Source of the DNA: an uncultured Gemmatimonadales bacterium | Lineage (GTDB): Bacteria > Gemmatimonadota > Gemmatimonadetes > Longimicrobiales > RSA9 | Direction of reading: 5' to 3' | Length of the DNA stretch: 64,000 bases | NCBI GenBank assembly: GCA_963798845.1 | Contig: CAWCUS010000005.1 | Location: forward strand, 192,001-256,000 | In this document: piece after piece, positions 30,282-40,068 of the stretch | Layout of the letters: every line of letters starts with the position of its first letter | How positions within the stretch are numbered: the first letter of the stretch is position 1 | Made by a program: the position numbers and the translations under genes | Notes under the pieces: model-generated | The model's database searches: none | Told to the model about the DNA's origin: nothing | What the model saw: only the letters and a program-made list of their open reading frames with translations

Positions 30282-31407
30282 GCTCGACGTAGCCCCGACC
30301 CCGGACCATGACGCCCCCCCGCCGCCCTTCCACGGCCACCGCGCCCTCCCAGTAGCGGAAGGCGAGCTCGAGCTCCTGGTCCCGGATCCGCGGCGCCACC
30401 TGCAGGTCGAGCCCCTCGCCGGGAACACGCACGCGCCAGCCCGACGGGTAGCGCACGCCGGCCGGGCTCGTCCACTCACCGGTGGCTTCCAGCGTGAACG
30501 CACCCGCGGTCAGCCGCGTCACGGCGCCATCCGCCGTCACATAGCTGCCGGCGCTGAAGCGATCGGTGCCGCCGTCCTTCCGTCGCAGGCGATACAGCAT
30601 CAGGTCGGAGCCGTCGTCGAGCTGGAGCGCGACCCAGTCCCACCCATCCAGTTCCGAGGCCAGGGCGCTCGTGCCCCATTCCCGGTCGAGCCAGGCCGTG
30701 CCGCGGACACGGGCGGTGTCGGAACCGCTCACCACCGTCCCGCGGGCCGCAAGCCGCGGGATCGAGTAGTAGTACGACGCGTTCCCCCGCCCCGGCCCTT
30801 TCCGGCTCAGCCCACGGTCTCCCTGCGGCACGACGGGCGCGGCAGGCGTAAGCACCAGGTCGATGGCCACCCCGCTGTCGCGCGCCACGACATGGAATGC
30901 CCCGATCGACGCGGGGTTCGACGCCGACGCGGCAGCGCCAGCCGCCGCCCACCCGTCCACCCACACGCGGAGCGGGTCCGACGTCGCCCCCGCCAGCCCG
31001 AGGGCGCCCCGGTCGAAGCGCTGGAACGCCCGGAAGCGGTCCGCGGCGACATCGGTGAGCGCGAAGTGCGCCATGTACGCCTGACTGGTCGCCCAATCGG
31101 ATTCGACGGTGGGCCCGCGCGGCCGGAGGGCGCTGCGGAAGAAGGTGAGCTGAAAGCCAAAGGCGCGCCCGTCGTCCGCATCCACGTTCCCCGTGAAGTA
31201 CCACCACTCGTGCTTGAACTCGGGGTGCGGCCCGTGGTCCGCCGGGAATCGGAACGCGCGCGGTGCCGTGGCGCGCGCGTACCCGGCGGTGTCCGCGTCG
31301 GCGAGCGTGGCCGCGACGGAGAGGGTGGCCCGGGGTGGGGTCGCTTCCCGGCACGCGAGGAGCAGGAGGAAGGCGGCGGCTGTCACGGGACCTCGAACCC
31401 GGCTCAT
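30262..31407 (-). CDS. AttH-like lipocalin/CrtC-domain lipoprotein
   Basis: Lipobox LLAC; FPADHGPHP...EWWYFTG, SYYYS, WLDREW, GWDW and YWEG motifs. Confidence 0.88.
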   Translation of the reverse strand: MSRVRGPVTAAAFLLLLACREATPPRATLSVAATLADADTAGYARATAPRAFRFPADHGPHPEFKHEWWYFTGNVDADDGRAFGFQLTFFRSALRPRGPTVESDWATSQAYMAHFALTDVAADRFRAFQRFDRGALGLAGATSDPLRVWVDGWAAAGAAASASNPASIGAFHVVARDSGVAIDLVLTPAAPVVPQGDRGLSRKGPGRGNASYYYSIPRLAARGTVVSGSDTARVRGTAWLDREWGTSALASELDGWDWVALQLDDGSDLMLYRLRRKDGGTDRFSAGSYVTADGAVTRLTAGAFTLEATGEWTSPAGVRYPSGWRVRVPGEGLDLQVAPRIRDQELELAFRYWEGAVAVEGRRGGVMVRGRGYVELTGYAP

Positions 31408-33935
31408 TCCGACCTCAGCGCCTCGGCAGGCGACGTCCGCGCCATGCGCCAGGACGGGTAGATCCCGGCCAGGAGAGAGGCGGCCACGGCAATGGCTACC
31501 GCCTGGAGCAGGACGCCGGGCGGCGCGTACAGCTCGACCGTCCACCCGAACGAGCGTCGGTTCACGAACTCCACCATGAGCACGGAGAGGAGGAGGCCCA
31601 GGGGAACGGCCATGAGCCCGGCCACGAGGCCCATGAGCCCCGTCTGCGACGCCACCATCGCCCATACCTGGCCGGGCGTCAGTCCGTTCGCCCGCAGAAC
31701 CCCCAGCTCGCGACCGCGCTCGAGCTGCAGCGCCATGAGCGCGCTCAGCACGCCCACGAAGGCCACGATGAGCGACAGCAGTCGCAGGACCTGCGTGATG
31801 GCGAACGTCCGATCGAACACCACGAGCGATGCGCGGGCCAGGGCGCTGTTGGAGCGGATCGTGAGCGCCTGGATGGCCGCCGTGCCTTCCCGCATGCGCT
31901 GGATCGCGGCGTCTCGGTCGGCGCCGGGCTCGAGGATGAGCGCGAGCGTGGTCACCGCCGAGTCGCCCCACAGTCGCTCGTATGCCGGGTAGCTGATCAT
32001 CACGACGCCCCGGTCCGAGCCGTAGTCGCGGTAGACGCCGGCGACCGGAAAGGGCTCCAGTCCCGCGGGCGTTCGCAGGCGCACGGTGTCCCCCACTTCC
32101 ACGCCGGCGTGGTACGCGAACGGCTCGGAGACCATGAGCACCCGCCCGGCCACGAAATCGCTCCAGAACGCGTTCACGTCACCGGCCAGAAACGTGAAGT
32201 GGTACCTCAGCCGCGAGTCGTTCCCGATCGCCATCAGGTCCACCGGTCCCCGGGCACTCGCCACCTCTCCCCGTCGGTAGCGGCGCACTTCCGCCACGGC
32301 GGGATCGGACACGATGGCGTGCACCGCGGCCAATGCGATGGCCACCGGAGCGCTTCCGCTCGGCTGCATCGGCGCCACGTAGACGTCCGCGGAGAGCGTC
32401 CGATCGAGCCAGCGCACGACGCTCCCCCGGAAGCTCCCGATCATCACGGCCACGCCGATCGTGACCGACACCGCGATCGTGAGCGTCGCGACCGCCGGGC
32501 CTGTCCGGCTGAGCCCCGCGATCACCCCGCCTGCCGCCATCCGCCCGAGCACGCCGAAAACCGCGCCCGCCGCCGGCTTCAGCGCCCGCATGAGCACGAC
32601 CGTGGCCAGCGGGGTGAGAAGCGAGATCCCGATGATGACGCCGAACAGGCCCACGAAGCTGCCGTCCACGCCGCCGGACACCTTCAGCACGAGCCCGCCC
32701 GCGGCGGCGAGCCCCAGCCCGGCGGCGGAAACGAGCGGGAGTCGCCGGCGAAGCCCGGTCTCCAGCTCGGACCTCAGGAGCGCGGCCCGGGGGTGCGTGG
32801 TGGCGGCTTCGTACGCCGGTGGCAGCGCGGCCAGGAGGGTGCCGCCGATCCCGAGCCCGAGCGCCTTCGCCACCGTGATGGGCGAAACGATCAGCTCCCT
32901 CACCGTGACCACGAAATAGAGGTCCTGGATGGTCCGGGTTACCAGGCGGAGCAGCCCCTCGGCCAGCAGGAAGCCGAGCCCCGTCCCCAGGACCACGCCG
33001 GCCACGGCCAGGAACGACGCCTCCGCCAGCACCAGGGCGAAGACCTGGCCGCGCGTGGCGCCGAGAGCGCGAAGCGTTCCCAGCAGCCTGCGTCGCTGCA
33101 CTACCGAGAACGTCACGCTGTTGTAGATGAGGAACAGGCCGAAGATCAGCGCCAGCAGGCTCAGCGCGCGCAGGTTGAGGTCGAACGCCCGCGTCATGTC
33201 CCGCAGCTGTCCGGCCGCAGCGCCCGACTGCCGGAGCTCGGCACCCCCGGGCAGCGCCGCCTCCACTCGCGCGGCGGCCGAATCACCGGACAGGATCAGG
33301 TCCACCCGGTCGAGCCCACGCCGCCGCAGCAGCGCTTCCGCCGTTCCCACGTCCAGCAGGAGGAGGTTCTCCAGGCCGAGACGGCTTGCTTCGTCCGCCG
33401 GCTCGAGCAGCGCGACAATGCGCACGCTGTCGCGCCGGCCGCCCACGTCGAGCGCCAGCCAGTCCCCCTCCCCTACCCCGAGCGACGCGGCGGTGCCGCG
33501 GCTCACCATCCCCGCTGACACGCCGATCAGCAGCGGCGCCGCCGGACGCTCCGCCTCGCCACCCGTGTATCGGCGGAACGGTGCTTCCGAAAACGGGTCC
33601 ACCCCCAGTACACGGAGCGCCTCCCCGGACGGGAGCGCGGCGACGTCTCCTTCCACCACCGGGGCCGCCGCGTCCACCCCGGGCACCGCGCGCAGCCGGG
33701 CGAAGGCGGTGTCCGGGATGCCGCCAGGACCGCCTACCGCCTGGTGAGTGGCACGCCCCGCCACGGTCTCGGCCGACAGCGTGAAGCCGCGGCGCGCGCT
33801 GGAGACCGCCATGTCCACCGACAGCACCACGGCCACGCCGAGCCCGACCCCGACGATCGAAAGCGCCGTCTGCCAACGGTGGTGCCAGAGGCCGCGCCCG
33901 CTCGACAGCCACAATGTGCTCAAGCCCGCCCTCAC
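31404..33935 (-). CDS. ABC transporter permease, duplicated FtsX/MacB-like (AttF/G-like)
   Basis: Two FtsX-type halves ([16 protein letters not shown]) with large periplasmic loops. Confidence 0.9.
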   Translation of the reverse strand: MRAGLSTLWLSSGRGLWHHRWQTALSIVGVGLGVAVVLSVDMAVSSARRGFTLSAETVAGRATHQAVGGPGGIPDTAFARLRAVPGVDAAAPVVEGDVAALPSGEALRVLGVDPFSEAPFRRYTGGEAERPAAPLLIGVSAGMVSRGTAASLGVGEGDWLALDVGGRRDSVRIVALLEPADEASRLGLENLLLLDVGTAEALLRRRGLDRVDLILSGDSAAARVEAALPGGAELRQSGAAAGQLRDMTRAFDLNLRALSLLALIFGLFLIYNSVTFSVVQRRRLLGTLRALGATRGQVFALVLAEASFLAVAGVVLGTGLGFLLAEGLLRLVTRTIQDLYFVVTVRELIVSPITVAKALGLGIGGTLLAALPPAYEAATTHPRAALLRSELETGLRRRLPLVSAAGLGLAAAGGLVLKVSGGVDGSFVGLFGVIIGISLLTPLATVVLMRALKPAAGAVFGVLGRMAAGGVIAGLSRTGPAVATLTIAVSVTIGVAVMIGSFRGSVVRWLDRTLSADVYVAPMQPSGSAPVAIALAAVHAIVSDPAVAEVRRYRRGEVASARGPVDLMAIGNDSRLRYHFTFLAGDVNAFWSDFVAGRVLMVSEPFAYHAGVEVGDTVRLRTPAGLEPFPVAGVYRDYGSDRGVVMISYPAYERLWGDSAVTTLALILEPGADRDAAIQRMREGTAAIQALTIRSNSALARASLVVFDRTFAITQVLRLLSLIVAFVGVLSALMALQLERGRELGVLRANGLTPGQVWAMVASQTGLMGLVAGLMAVPLGLLLSVLMVEFVNRRSFGWTVELYAPPGVLLQAVAIAVAASLLAGIYPSWRMARTSPAEALRSE

Positions 33936-34600
33936 CGCTCGGCCAGCCGCCCGTCCCGGAGCACGAGCACCCGGTCCGCCAGAGGCACCGCCTCCTCGCT
34001 GTGCGTCACGATCAACACGGTCTTCCCCGCCGACCGCGCCAGCCGCTCCAGAAGCTCGAGCACCGTGCGCCCGGTCTCACGGTCCAGGTTCCCCGTCGGC
34101 TCGTCCGCCAGCACCACCGCCGGCCCGTGCGCCAGCGCCCGCGCCACCGCCACACGCTGCTGCTCACCACCCGACAAACGGTCCGGGAACACCCCCGCCC
34201 GGTCCGAGAGCCCCACCCGCGCAAGAAGCTCCCTCGCGCGCGCATGATCCGCGGCCGTGTCTCGCCCGCTCAGCTCCAGCGGCAGCAGCAGGTTCTCCTC
34301 CACTGTGAGCGTCGGAATCAGGTTGAAGAACTGGAAGATGAACCCGATCCGGTCTCGCCTGAACAGCGTCCGCTCCCGCTCCTTCATCGAGGCCAGCGAG
34401 ATCCCGTCGATGCGCACGTCTCCCGCCGTGGGCACATCAATGCCACTCACCAGGTTCAACAGCGTGCTCTTCCCCGATCCGCTCGGACCCAGCAGCACCA
34501 CGAGCTCGCCGTCCTCCACCCGCATCCCCAGGTCCCGGAAAACTACCCGCTCGCTTCCCGCCTCCGGGTAGACCTTGGTCAAGCCTTCGATCTCGATCAT
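33932..34600 (-). CDS. ABC transporter ATP-binding protein (LolD/MacB-like, AttE-like)
   Basis: [27 protein letters not shown] and VTH motifs. Confidence 0.95.
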   Translation of the reverse strand: MIEIEGLTKVYPEAGSERVVFRDLGMRVEDGELVVLLGPSGSGKSTLLNLVSGIDVPTAGDVRIDGISLASMKERERTLFRRDRIGFIFQFFNLIPTLTVEENLLLPLELSGRDTAADHARARELLARVGLSDRAGVFPDRLSGGEQQRVAVARALAHGPAVVLADEPTGNLDRETGRTVLELLERLARSAGKTVLIVTHSEEAVPLADRVLVLRDGRLAER

Positions 34601-34694
34601 AGCGGCGGGAAGATAACGGGGGAGGGGAAGAGACGATAAGGCGACCGGGCCATGCGGCGGCGCCGCGGAACACCGTGCCTGAGCCCGTCAACGG

Positions 34695-34731
34695 AAAGGG
34701 CGGGGAGCCAGCCTCCCGGCTCCCCGCCCTT
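34695..34731 (-). terminator. Intrinsic terminator downstream of the small ORF 34786-34989
   Basis: 14-bp stem AAGGGCGGGGAGCC/GGCTCCCCGCCCTT ending in TTT on the minus strand. Confidence 0.65.
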
Positions 34732-34785
34732 CCCGGCGATCGGGCCCCCTGCACGCCCAGGCGCCATTCGACTCGAAGCGTCAGG

Positions 34786-34989
34786 TCACACCAGCAGGCG
34801 CTTCGTCAGCAGCGCGGCCACGGGCGCCACCAACAGGGCGCTCAACGCCAGCCCCGGCCGCGTGGTCACCAGCGCCTTCGCGCCCTTCGCGGCGATCAGC
34901 AGCTTCGCGCCTTTCACCGGGTGACGGACCATGTACGTCGCCTTCGGTGCCTTCGTGTAGCCGATCAAGGTCACGATCTTGCCAAGCAT
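34786..34989 (-). CDS. Small basic hydrophobic hypothetical protein (67 aa)
   Basis: GGAGG SD before ATG; high-GC3 codons; own terminator. Confidence 0.7.
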   Translation of the reverse strand: MLGKIVTLIGYTKAPKATYMVRHPVKGAKLLIAAKGAKALVTTRPGLALSALLVAPVAALLTKRLLV

Positions 34990-35070
34990 GTTTCCTCCCA
35001 CGGTTGCGGGGTCGAATTCCGGGTTCGCGTGCCCCCAAACGAGTGCAAGCTCCGTGCGAGGTAAAAGCGG

Positions 35071-35481
35071 CTAAAACCCCCACGCGCCTCGCGTTATCAG
35101 TTCAAGGCTGTTCCCGTCCGGATCCCGAAAATAGACCGAACCGCCGCCGTTCGGCCACGTCTGTTCCCGCTCGATCGCCACGCCCGCCATGCGCAGGTGG
35201 CGGCGCCACGCGTCCAGGGTCTCGGCGTCGGGGACATCCAGCGCGACGTGGCCGGGGCCCTCGGCGCCGTGGGGAGGGACGTCGCCGCCCGGCTCGGCCG
35301 TGGCGCGGGCGTCGAACAGGAGGAGGAGATCGCGACCAGCGCGGAAGAAGACGTGGCGTCCCGACTTGCGTCCGATGAGCTGGAGCCCGAGGCGTCGCCA
35401 GAAGCGCTCGGCGCGGGCCAGATCGTGGACGTAGAGGGCTGCCTCGTGGATGCCGCCGAGGGGTGGGTGGATCTCTGCCAT
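35071..35481 (-). CDS. VOC/glyoxalase family protein
   Basis: EAALYVHDL..AERFW, HG..G.GHVA and SVYFRDPDGNSLEL motifs. Confidence 0.9.
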   Translation of the reverse strand: MAEIHPPLGGIHEAALYVHDLARAERFWRRLGLQLIGRKSGRHVFFRAGRDLLLLFDARATAEPGGDVPPHGAEGPGHVALDVPDAETLDAWRRHLRMAGVAIEREQTWPNGGGSVYFRDPDGNSLELITRGAWGF

Positions 35482-35483
35482 GG

Positions 35484-36422
35484 CTACACCACCGGTGTGA
35501 GGAGGGGCTCTCCGCGGACGCCGCGCAGCAGGTTCTGCCACGCGAGATCGAACATGGCCTGCCGTGTCTCGCGCGTGGCGCTGCCGACGTGCGGGAGGAG
35601 GACGACGTTGTCGAGCGTCAGGAGCGCCGGCGGGACGCGGGGCTCGTCGGCGTAGACGTCCAGGCCGGCGCGGAGGCGGCCGGCCGCGAGCTCGCGCACG
35701 AGGGCGTCCTCGGCCACGACGTCGCCGCGCGCCGTATTGACCAGGACGGCGCCGTCCCGGAGCGCGGCCAGCACGACGGCGTCGACGATGCCCCGGGTCT
35801 CCGGCGTCGACGCGAGGGTGACGGCGAGCACGTCGGCGCGTTCGGCCAGCTCCGTCAGCGCCGGGACCCACTCGGCCCGGATCTCCCTCTCCCAGTGCGG
35901 GCGACGGCTGCGTCCCCAGTAGGCGACGCGCATGCCGAATGCGCCGGCCCTGCGGCCTACCTCGCGGCCGATCCGCCCCGCACCAATGACGCCCAGCACC
36001 TTTCCGTCCAGTCCCGTTCCCATGAGCTGCGTCGGCCCCCAGCCGCCCCACGCACCCGACCGAACCAGCCGCTCCCCCTCCCCCACCCGCCGGACGACGG
36101 CCAGTATGAGCGCCCAGGTCAGCTCGGCGGTCGCACCTGTCAGTACGTCGGGCGTGTTGGACACGGCGATCCCGCGCATGCGAGCTGCGTCGGTGTCGAC
36201 GTTGTCGTAGCCGACGGCCATGTTCGCGATCACGCGCAGGTCGGGAAGCCGGTCCATCTCCGCGGACCCCAGTCGCCGGGTGAGCAGCGGCAGCACGCCC
36301 ACGTGCGGACCTCCGGCGGGGACCGGCTGCTCGGGCTCGAGCAGGTCGACCGCCACATCGTCGGGATGATCGTGGGCGGCGAGGAAGGTGGCCACTTCGG
36401 CCGAAACGAGGACCCGGCTCAC
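35484..36422 (-). CDS. D-2-hydroxyacid dehydrogenase (glyoxylate/hydroxypyruvate reductase-like)
   Basis: VGYDNVD, NTPDVLT, GAGRIG, NTARG, LDVYADEP and PHVGS motifs; GTG start overlaps the tadA stop. Confidence 0.92.
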   Translation of the reverse strand: MSRVLVSAEVATFLAAHDHPDDVAVDLLEPEQPVPAGGPHVGVLPLLTRRLGSAEMDRLPDLRVIANMAVGYDNVDTDAARMRGIAVSNTPDVLTGATAELTWALILAVVRRVGEGERLVRSGAWGGWGPTQLMGTGLDGKVLGVIGAGRIGREVGRRAGAFGMRVAYWGRSRRPHWEREIRAEWVPALTELAERADVLAVTLASTPETRGIVDAVVLAALRDGAVLVNTARGDVVAEDALVRELAAGRLRAGLDVYADEPRVPPALLTLDNVVLLPHVGSATRETRQAMFDLAWQNLLRGVRGEPLLTPVV

Positions 36423-36895
36423 CGGCGGGCGCGGAAGAAGGCGCGAAGCAGATCTCCGGCCTCGTCCTCGAGCACGCCGGTGGTCACGGCCACGTGGTGG
36501 TTGAGGCGAGGGTCCTGGGGGAGGGTGGCCAGGGAGCCGATCATTCCGGCCTTGGGATCGGCCGCGGCGTACACGACGCGACCGATCCGCGCGAGGACCA
36601 CGGCGCCGGCGCACATGGCGCAGGGCTCGAGCGTGACGTAGAGAGTCGCGTCGTTGAGCCACCAGTGACCGAGTCGGTCGGCGGCCCGACGCAGGGCGAG
36701 GATCTCGGCGTGCGCCGTCGGATCGTTGAGGGCGCGGGGCTGGTTGTAGGCTTCCGCCACCAGCTCCCCGCCGGCCACGACCACGGCGCCCACGGGCACC
36801 TCCTCCTCCTCGGCCGCCTTCCTGGCCTGCACGAGAGCCCGCCGCATCCAGCGCTCGTCATCAGGCTGCGGTGGGGTCGTGTCGAGCCCTTCCAT
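36419..36895 (-). CDS. tadA: tRNA adenosine(34) deaminase
   Basis: EVPVGAV, DPTAHAE and TLEPCAMC motifs; FFRARR C-terminus. Confidence 0.94.
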   Translation of the reverse strand: MEGLDTTPPQPDDERWMRRALVQARKAAEEEEVPVGAVVVAGGELVAEAYNQPRALNDPTAHAEILALRRAADRLGHWWLNDATLYVTLEPCAMCAGAVVLARIGRVVYAAADPKAGMIGSLATLPQDPRLNHHVAVTTGVLEDEAGDLLRAFFRARR

Positions 36896-36896
36896 C

Positions 36897-37571
36897 TCAG
36901 CTGGCGAGAACGCTCTCGGGCAACGCCTTCTCGCGGGCGAGGCCGGCACGCGCGTCGGTCCGCAGGCGCCGGATCACGGCCACGACTCGGCCGAGCACGT
37001 CCACGCCGGTGCGGCGGTTGATGGCCACGGCTGCCGCCGCCGGTCCGGCCGCGGAGAGTATGGGGTCGCCCGACTCCCCGAGGTGGACCCGGCGCACCGT
37101 CGTCTCGCCGGCCACCCGGGCCACGACGATCTCGTTGTCGTCCAGACCTTCCACGGCCGCGGGCTCGACGAGGAGGAGGTCGCCGTCCCAGATCCCGGCC
37201 GCGCGCAGGCCGTCCCCGACCATGGAGATCATGAAGCTGGCGGAGGAGGCGGCGATCTTCCGGTCCAGGGTGAGGCTCTCGAGCGGCTCCTTGAGGGAGG
37301 GCTCGCGCAGGTACACGTCGATGTGCGGGATCGAGACCACGTCGGCCCCGAGATCGAGGCCCAGGAGGTGGACGCCGCGCGAGCGCGAGGAGTCCCGCTC
37401 GATCCACCCCTTGTCGGCCAGCGACTGGAGGAGCTCCGAGACGGACTTCGTGCTCTTGATGTCGAACGCCGCCCCGATGTCACGGATGGACGGCTGGTAT
37501 GTATGGCTGCGAACGTAGTCGACGAGGTAGTCGAGAACCTCGCGCTCGAGGCTGCTCAGAGCATCCGGCAT
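36897..37571 (-). CDS. LexA-like repressor with a degenerate S24 peptidase domain
   Basis: LexA wHTH (YQPSIRDIG...L..L.DKGWIER...SRG). The C-domain reads GDGL and TVRR, and the AG cleavage site is absent. Confidence 0.85.
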   Translation of the reverse strand: MPDALSSLEREVLDYLVDYVRSHTYQPSIRDIGAAFDIKSTKSVSELLQSLADKGWIERDSSRSRGVHLLGLDLGADVVSIPHIDVYLREPSLKEPLESLTLDRKIAASSASFMISMVGDGLRAAGIWDGDLLLVEPAAVEGLDDNEIVVARVAGETTVRRVHLGESGDPILSAAGPAAAAVAINRRTGVDVLGRVVAVIRRLRTDARAGLAREKALPESVLAS

Positions 37572-37573
37572 AG

Positions 37574-37646
37574 TTGCCCCTCCTGGGATCGAACCAGGAC
37601 TCTCCTGATCCAGAGTCAGGCGTGTTGCCGATTACACCAAGGGGCA
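37574..37646 (-). tRNA. tRNA-Gln(CTG); CCA not encoded
   Basis: TGCCCCTTGGTGTAATCGGCAACACGCCTGACTCTGGATCAGGAGAGTCCTGGTTCGATCCCAGGAGGGGCAA forms a cloverleaf with U1-A72 and anticodon CTG; located downstream of gltX. Confidence 0.95.
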
Positions 37647-37685
37647 GAGCACGCGCGCGGCTCCATCACCGAATCGCGGGAAGGG

Positions 37686-37714
37686 ATCGTAGAGACGGCC
37701 CGTCCAGGTGTCAA
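37686..37714 (-). promoter_or_regulatory. Sigma70 promoter for tRNA-Gln and the downstream operon
   Basis: TTGACA-17 nt-TACGAT; the -35 overlaps the gltX TGA stop. Confidence 0.75.
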
Positions 37715-39174
37715 CCGGCCGAGGACAGCGCATCGAGGCGAGCCGCGGCAACGTCCAGTCGCGCCAGCGTCCTTTCACGGCCCATGACGACCAGGACCTC
37801 GAAGATCCCGGGGGAAACGGCCGCTCCCGTCACGGCCACGCGCACGGGGTGGATGAGCTTGCCGGCCCCGACCTCGAGATCCCCGGCGAGCTGGCGCAGC
37901 GCGTCCTCGAGCGGCTGCTCCTCCCAGAGGTCCAGGGCGGCATAGGCCTCAGCGAGCCGGCGCAGCCGCGCGGCCACATCGGCCGGCTCCCTGGCCCAGT
38001 GCTTCTGCACGGCGTCCTGCTCGTACGCGACCTCGTCGACGAAGTAGGGGCGCGCCTGCGCGATGATGTCGTCGATCGTGCGCGCCCGCGGCTTCAGGAG
38101 GTCGATGAGCGACAGGAGCCACGGCCGCCGCTGCGCCAGCTCTCCCGGCGCGGCGAGCCCGGCGGCCGCCAGGCGGTCGACGACCAGCGGCTCGAGCCGC
38201 TCCGCGCTGGCCGCGCTCAGGTACTGGCCGTTCAGCCACGCCAGCTTGTCCGTGTCGAACACAGCGCTCTTCTTGCCGATACCCTCAAGCGAGAAGCGGC
38301 CGGTCAGCTCTTCCAGCGACATGAGCTCGGTGTCGTCGCCCGGGGACCAGCCGAGGAGCGCCAGGAAGTTGACCATGGACTCCGGCAGGATCCCCTCCTC
38401 CCGGTACTGCCCCACGGCCGTGGCGCCGTGGCGCTTGCTCAGCCGCCTGCCATCACTCCCCAGGATCATCGGCACATGGGCGAACGTGGGGATCTGCCAG
38501 CCGAGGGCGTCGTAGAGGAGGATCTGCTTCGGCGTGTTGGACAGGTGGTCGTCGCCCCGGATCACGTGCGTGACACCCATGTCGTGGTCGTCGCTCACCA
38601 CGGCCATGTTGTAGACAGGCGTGCCATCGCTGCGCAGGACGATGAAATCCTCGATGTCGCCGTTGTCGAAGCGGGTATGCTCGTGCACGGCGTCGTGCCA
38701 CGCCGTTTCCCCCTCCGGCACTGCGAAGCGGACCGTGTACGGCTGGCCCGCCGCCGCCCTCCGCTCCGCTTCCTCCGGCGACACCGTGAGCAGGCAGCGC
38801 CGGTCGTACCGGTAGCCCTCCCCCTTCTCCTCCGCTGCTCGCCGCCGTTCGTCCAGCGATTCGGGGGTGCAGAAGCAACGGTAGGCGCGCCGATTCTCCA
38901 GCAGCCGAACCGCATCACGGCGGTGACGCTCGAGCCCGTCCGCCTGGTGGTGCGGTCCCTCGTCCCAGTCCAGGCCCAGCCACTCCATGCCGTCGAGGAT
39001 GGCCTGGGTCATGGCGTCGCTCGAGCGCTCGCGGTCGGTGTCCTCGATCCGCAGGATGAACGTCCCGGCGTGGCGCCGCGCGAACAGCCAGTTGAACAGC
39101 GCCGTGCGCGCGCCCCCCACGTGCAGGTACCCGGTCGGCGACGGCGCGAAACGCACCCGGACCTTCTCGCTCAC
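37711..39174 (-). CDS. gltX: Glutamate--tRNA ligase
   Basis: RFAPSPTGYLHVGG, RIEDTD, HVIRGDDH and RLSKRHG motifs; GTG start at 39174. Confidence 0.97.
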   Translation of the reverse strand: MSEKVRVRFAPSPTGYLHVGGARTALFNWLFARRHAGTFILRIEDTDRERSSDAMTQAILDGMEWLGLDWDEGPHHQADGLERHRRDAVRLLENRRAYRCFCTPESLDERRRAAEEKGEGYRYDRRCLLTVSPEEAERRAAAGQPYTVRFAVPEGETAWHDAVHEHTRFDNGDIEDFIVLRSDGTPVYNMAVVSDDHDMGVTHVIRGDDHLSNTPKQILLYDALGWQIPTFAHVPMILGSDGRRLSKRHGATAVGQYREEGILPESMVNFLALLGWSPGDDTELMSLEELTGRFSLEGIGKKSAVFDTDKLAWLNGQYLSAASAERLEPLVVDRLAAAGLAAPGELAQRRPWLLSLIDLLKPRARTIDDIIAQARPYFVDEVAYEQDAVQKHWAREPADVAARLRRLAEAYAALDLWEEQPLEDALRQLAGDLEVGAGKLIHPVRVAVTGAAVSPGIFEVLVVMGRERTLARLDVAAARLDALSSAG

Positions 39175-39214
39175 CCCCCCTCCTCGCCCCTGCCCCGTTC
39201 CCACCGCTCCGCCA

Positions 39215-39997
39215 TCATTGGCCCCGACGACGTCGTTCGCGCCCCCGGCCCCGCTCCAGCCTCGCCTCGTGCCGCTCACGAACCCCCTCGACGCGCGCCT
39301 GGTGTCGGTCCACGTGACGCTGGAGCCGGTTCTCGTTGCGCGATACCGGGTCCTCCCGCGAGCCGCGCGTGTCGCCCCGCTCCCTCACCTTGATCGATAC
39401 GCCACCCATGAGGGCGAATCCGCTGATCCGGATCACGGGCGCGTCCGGCGGCGGATCGTTGTTCAGCTCCGACACCTGGTCGAACCCGCCCAGCAAAGCG
39501 AAGCCCTGTGTCTCCACGTGCACGTCGGGCGGTACGGTGATGTCCACGCCGCCCCAGAATGCGAAGCAGTTGATCTCCGTCACGCCCTGCCGAAGCACCG
39601 CATCCCGGAAGTCCAGCTCCACGCCCCCCATCACCGCCGCCACCATCATCTCCGACGGCGGCGCCCACCGGCCCGCCCGCCGCGTCCCGCCCATGATGGC
39701 GATGGCTACGTGCCCCGCTTCGTGGATCGCCTGCGTGGAGCGCGCCGGCGTGGAGCGCGCCGGCGGGTCCCGCTCCGGCGGCCGCTGTGCTTCCTCCCGC
39801 ACGGCCGGCGGCGACGGCGCCGGGGCGTTCAGGTCGGCCAGCAGCGCATCCAGCTGCTGTCGGCTTTGCGCCGTACGGGCACGCTCCAGCCGCCGCTCCA
39901 GCTCGCCCAGGGAAAGGGCGTCGTCGGCGAAGCGGCGGCAGAGCGCGTCGATCGTGTCCTCGCGCGCGGTCTGGAGCCCCGTCAGTCGATCGTTCAT
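39215..39997 (-). CDS. DUF1707 (SHOCT-like) + LiaF-like beta domain protein
   Basis: N-terminal REDTIDAL...F.DD.LS..ELERRL..A; C-terminal MGGVELDFR, WGGVDITVP and MGGVSIK repeats. Confidence 0.8.
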   Translation of the reverse strand: MNDRLTGLQTAREDTIDALCRRFADDALSLGELERRLERARTAQSRQQLDALLADLNAPAPSPPAVREEAQRPPERDPPARSTPARSTQAIHEAGHVAIAIMGGTRRAGRWAPPSEMMVAAVMGGVELDFRDAVLRQGVTEINCFAFWGGVDITVPPDVHVETQGFALLGGFDQVSELNNDPPPDAPVIRISGFALMGGVSIKVRERGDTRGSREDPVSRNENRLQRHVDRHQARVEGVRERHEARLERGRGRERRRRGQ

Positions 39998-40068
39998 GGT
40001 CAGCGCGATAAGATACCGGGTGCCGGGGGTCTTCCGCTAAGCCCTCGTCGGACTTCCCGGAGATCGAC

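Noticed and set aside
35071..37646. Prophage or ICE at tRNA-Gln with the LexA-like gene as a phage repressor
   Set aside because: Downstream genes are housekeeping (tadA, dehydrogenase), and I found no integrase or att repeat.
37711..39174. gltX next to tRNA-Gln as proof of a non-discriminating GluRS
   Set aside because: Adjacency is not diagnostic, and the LKPRAR segment appears to keep the Arg typical of discriminating enzymes. A proper alignment and a glnS/gatCAB inventory are needed.
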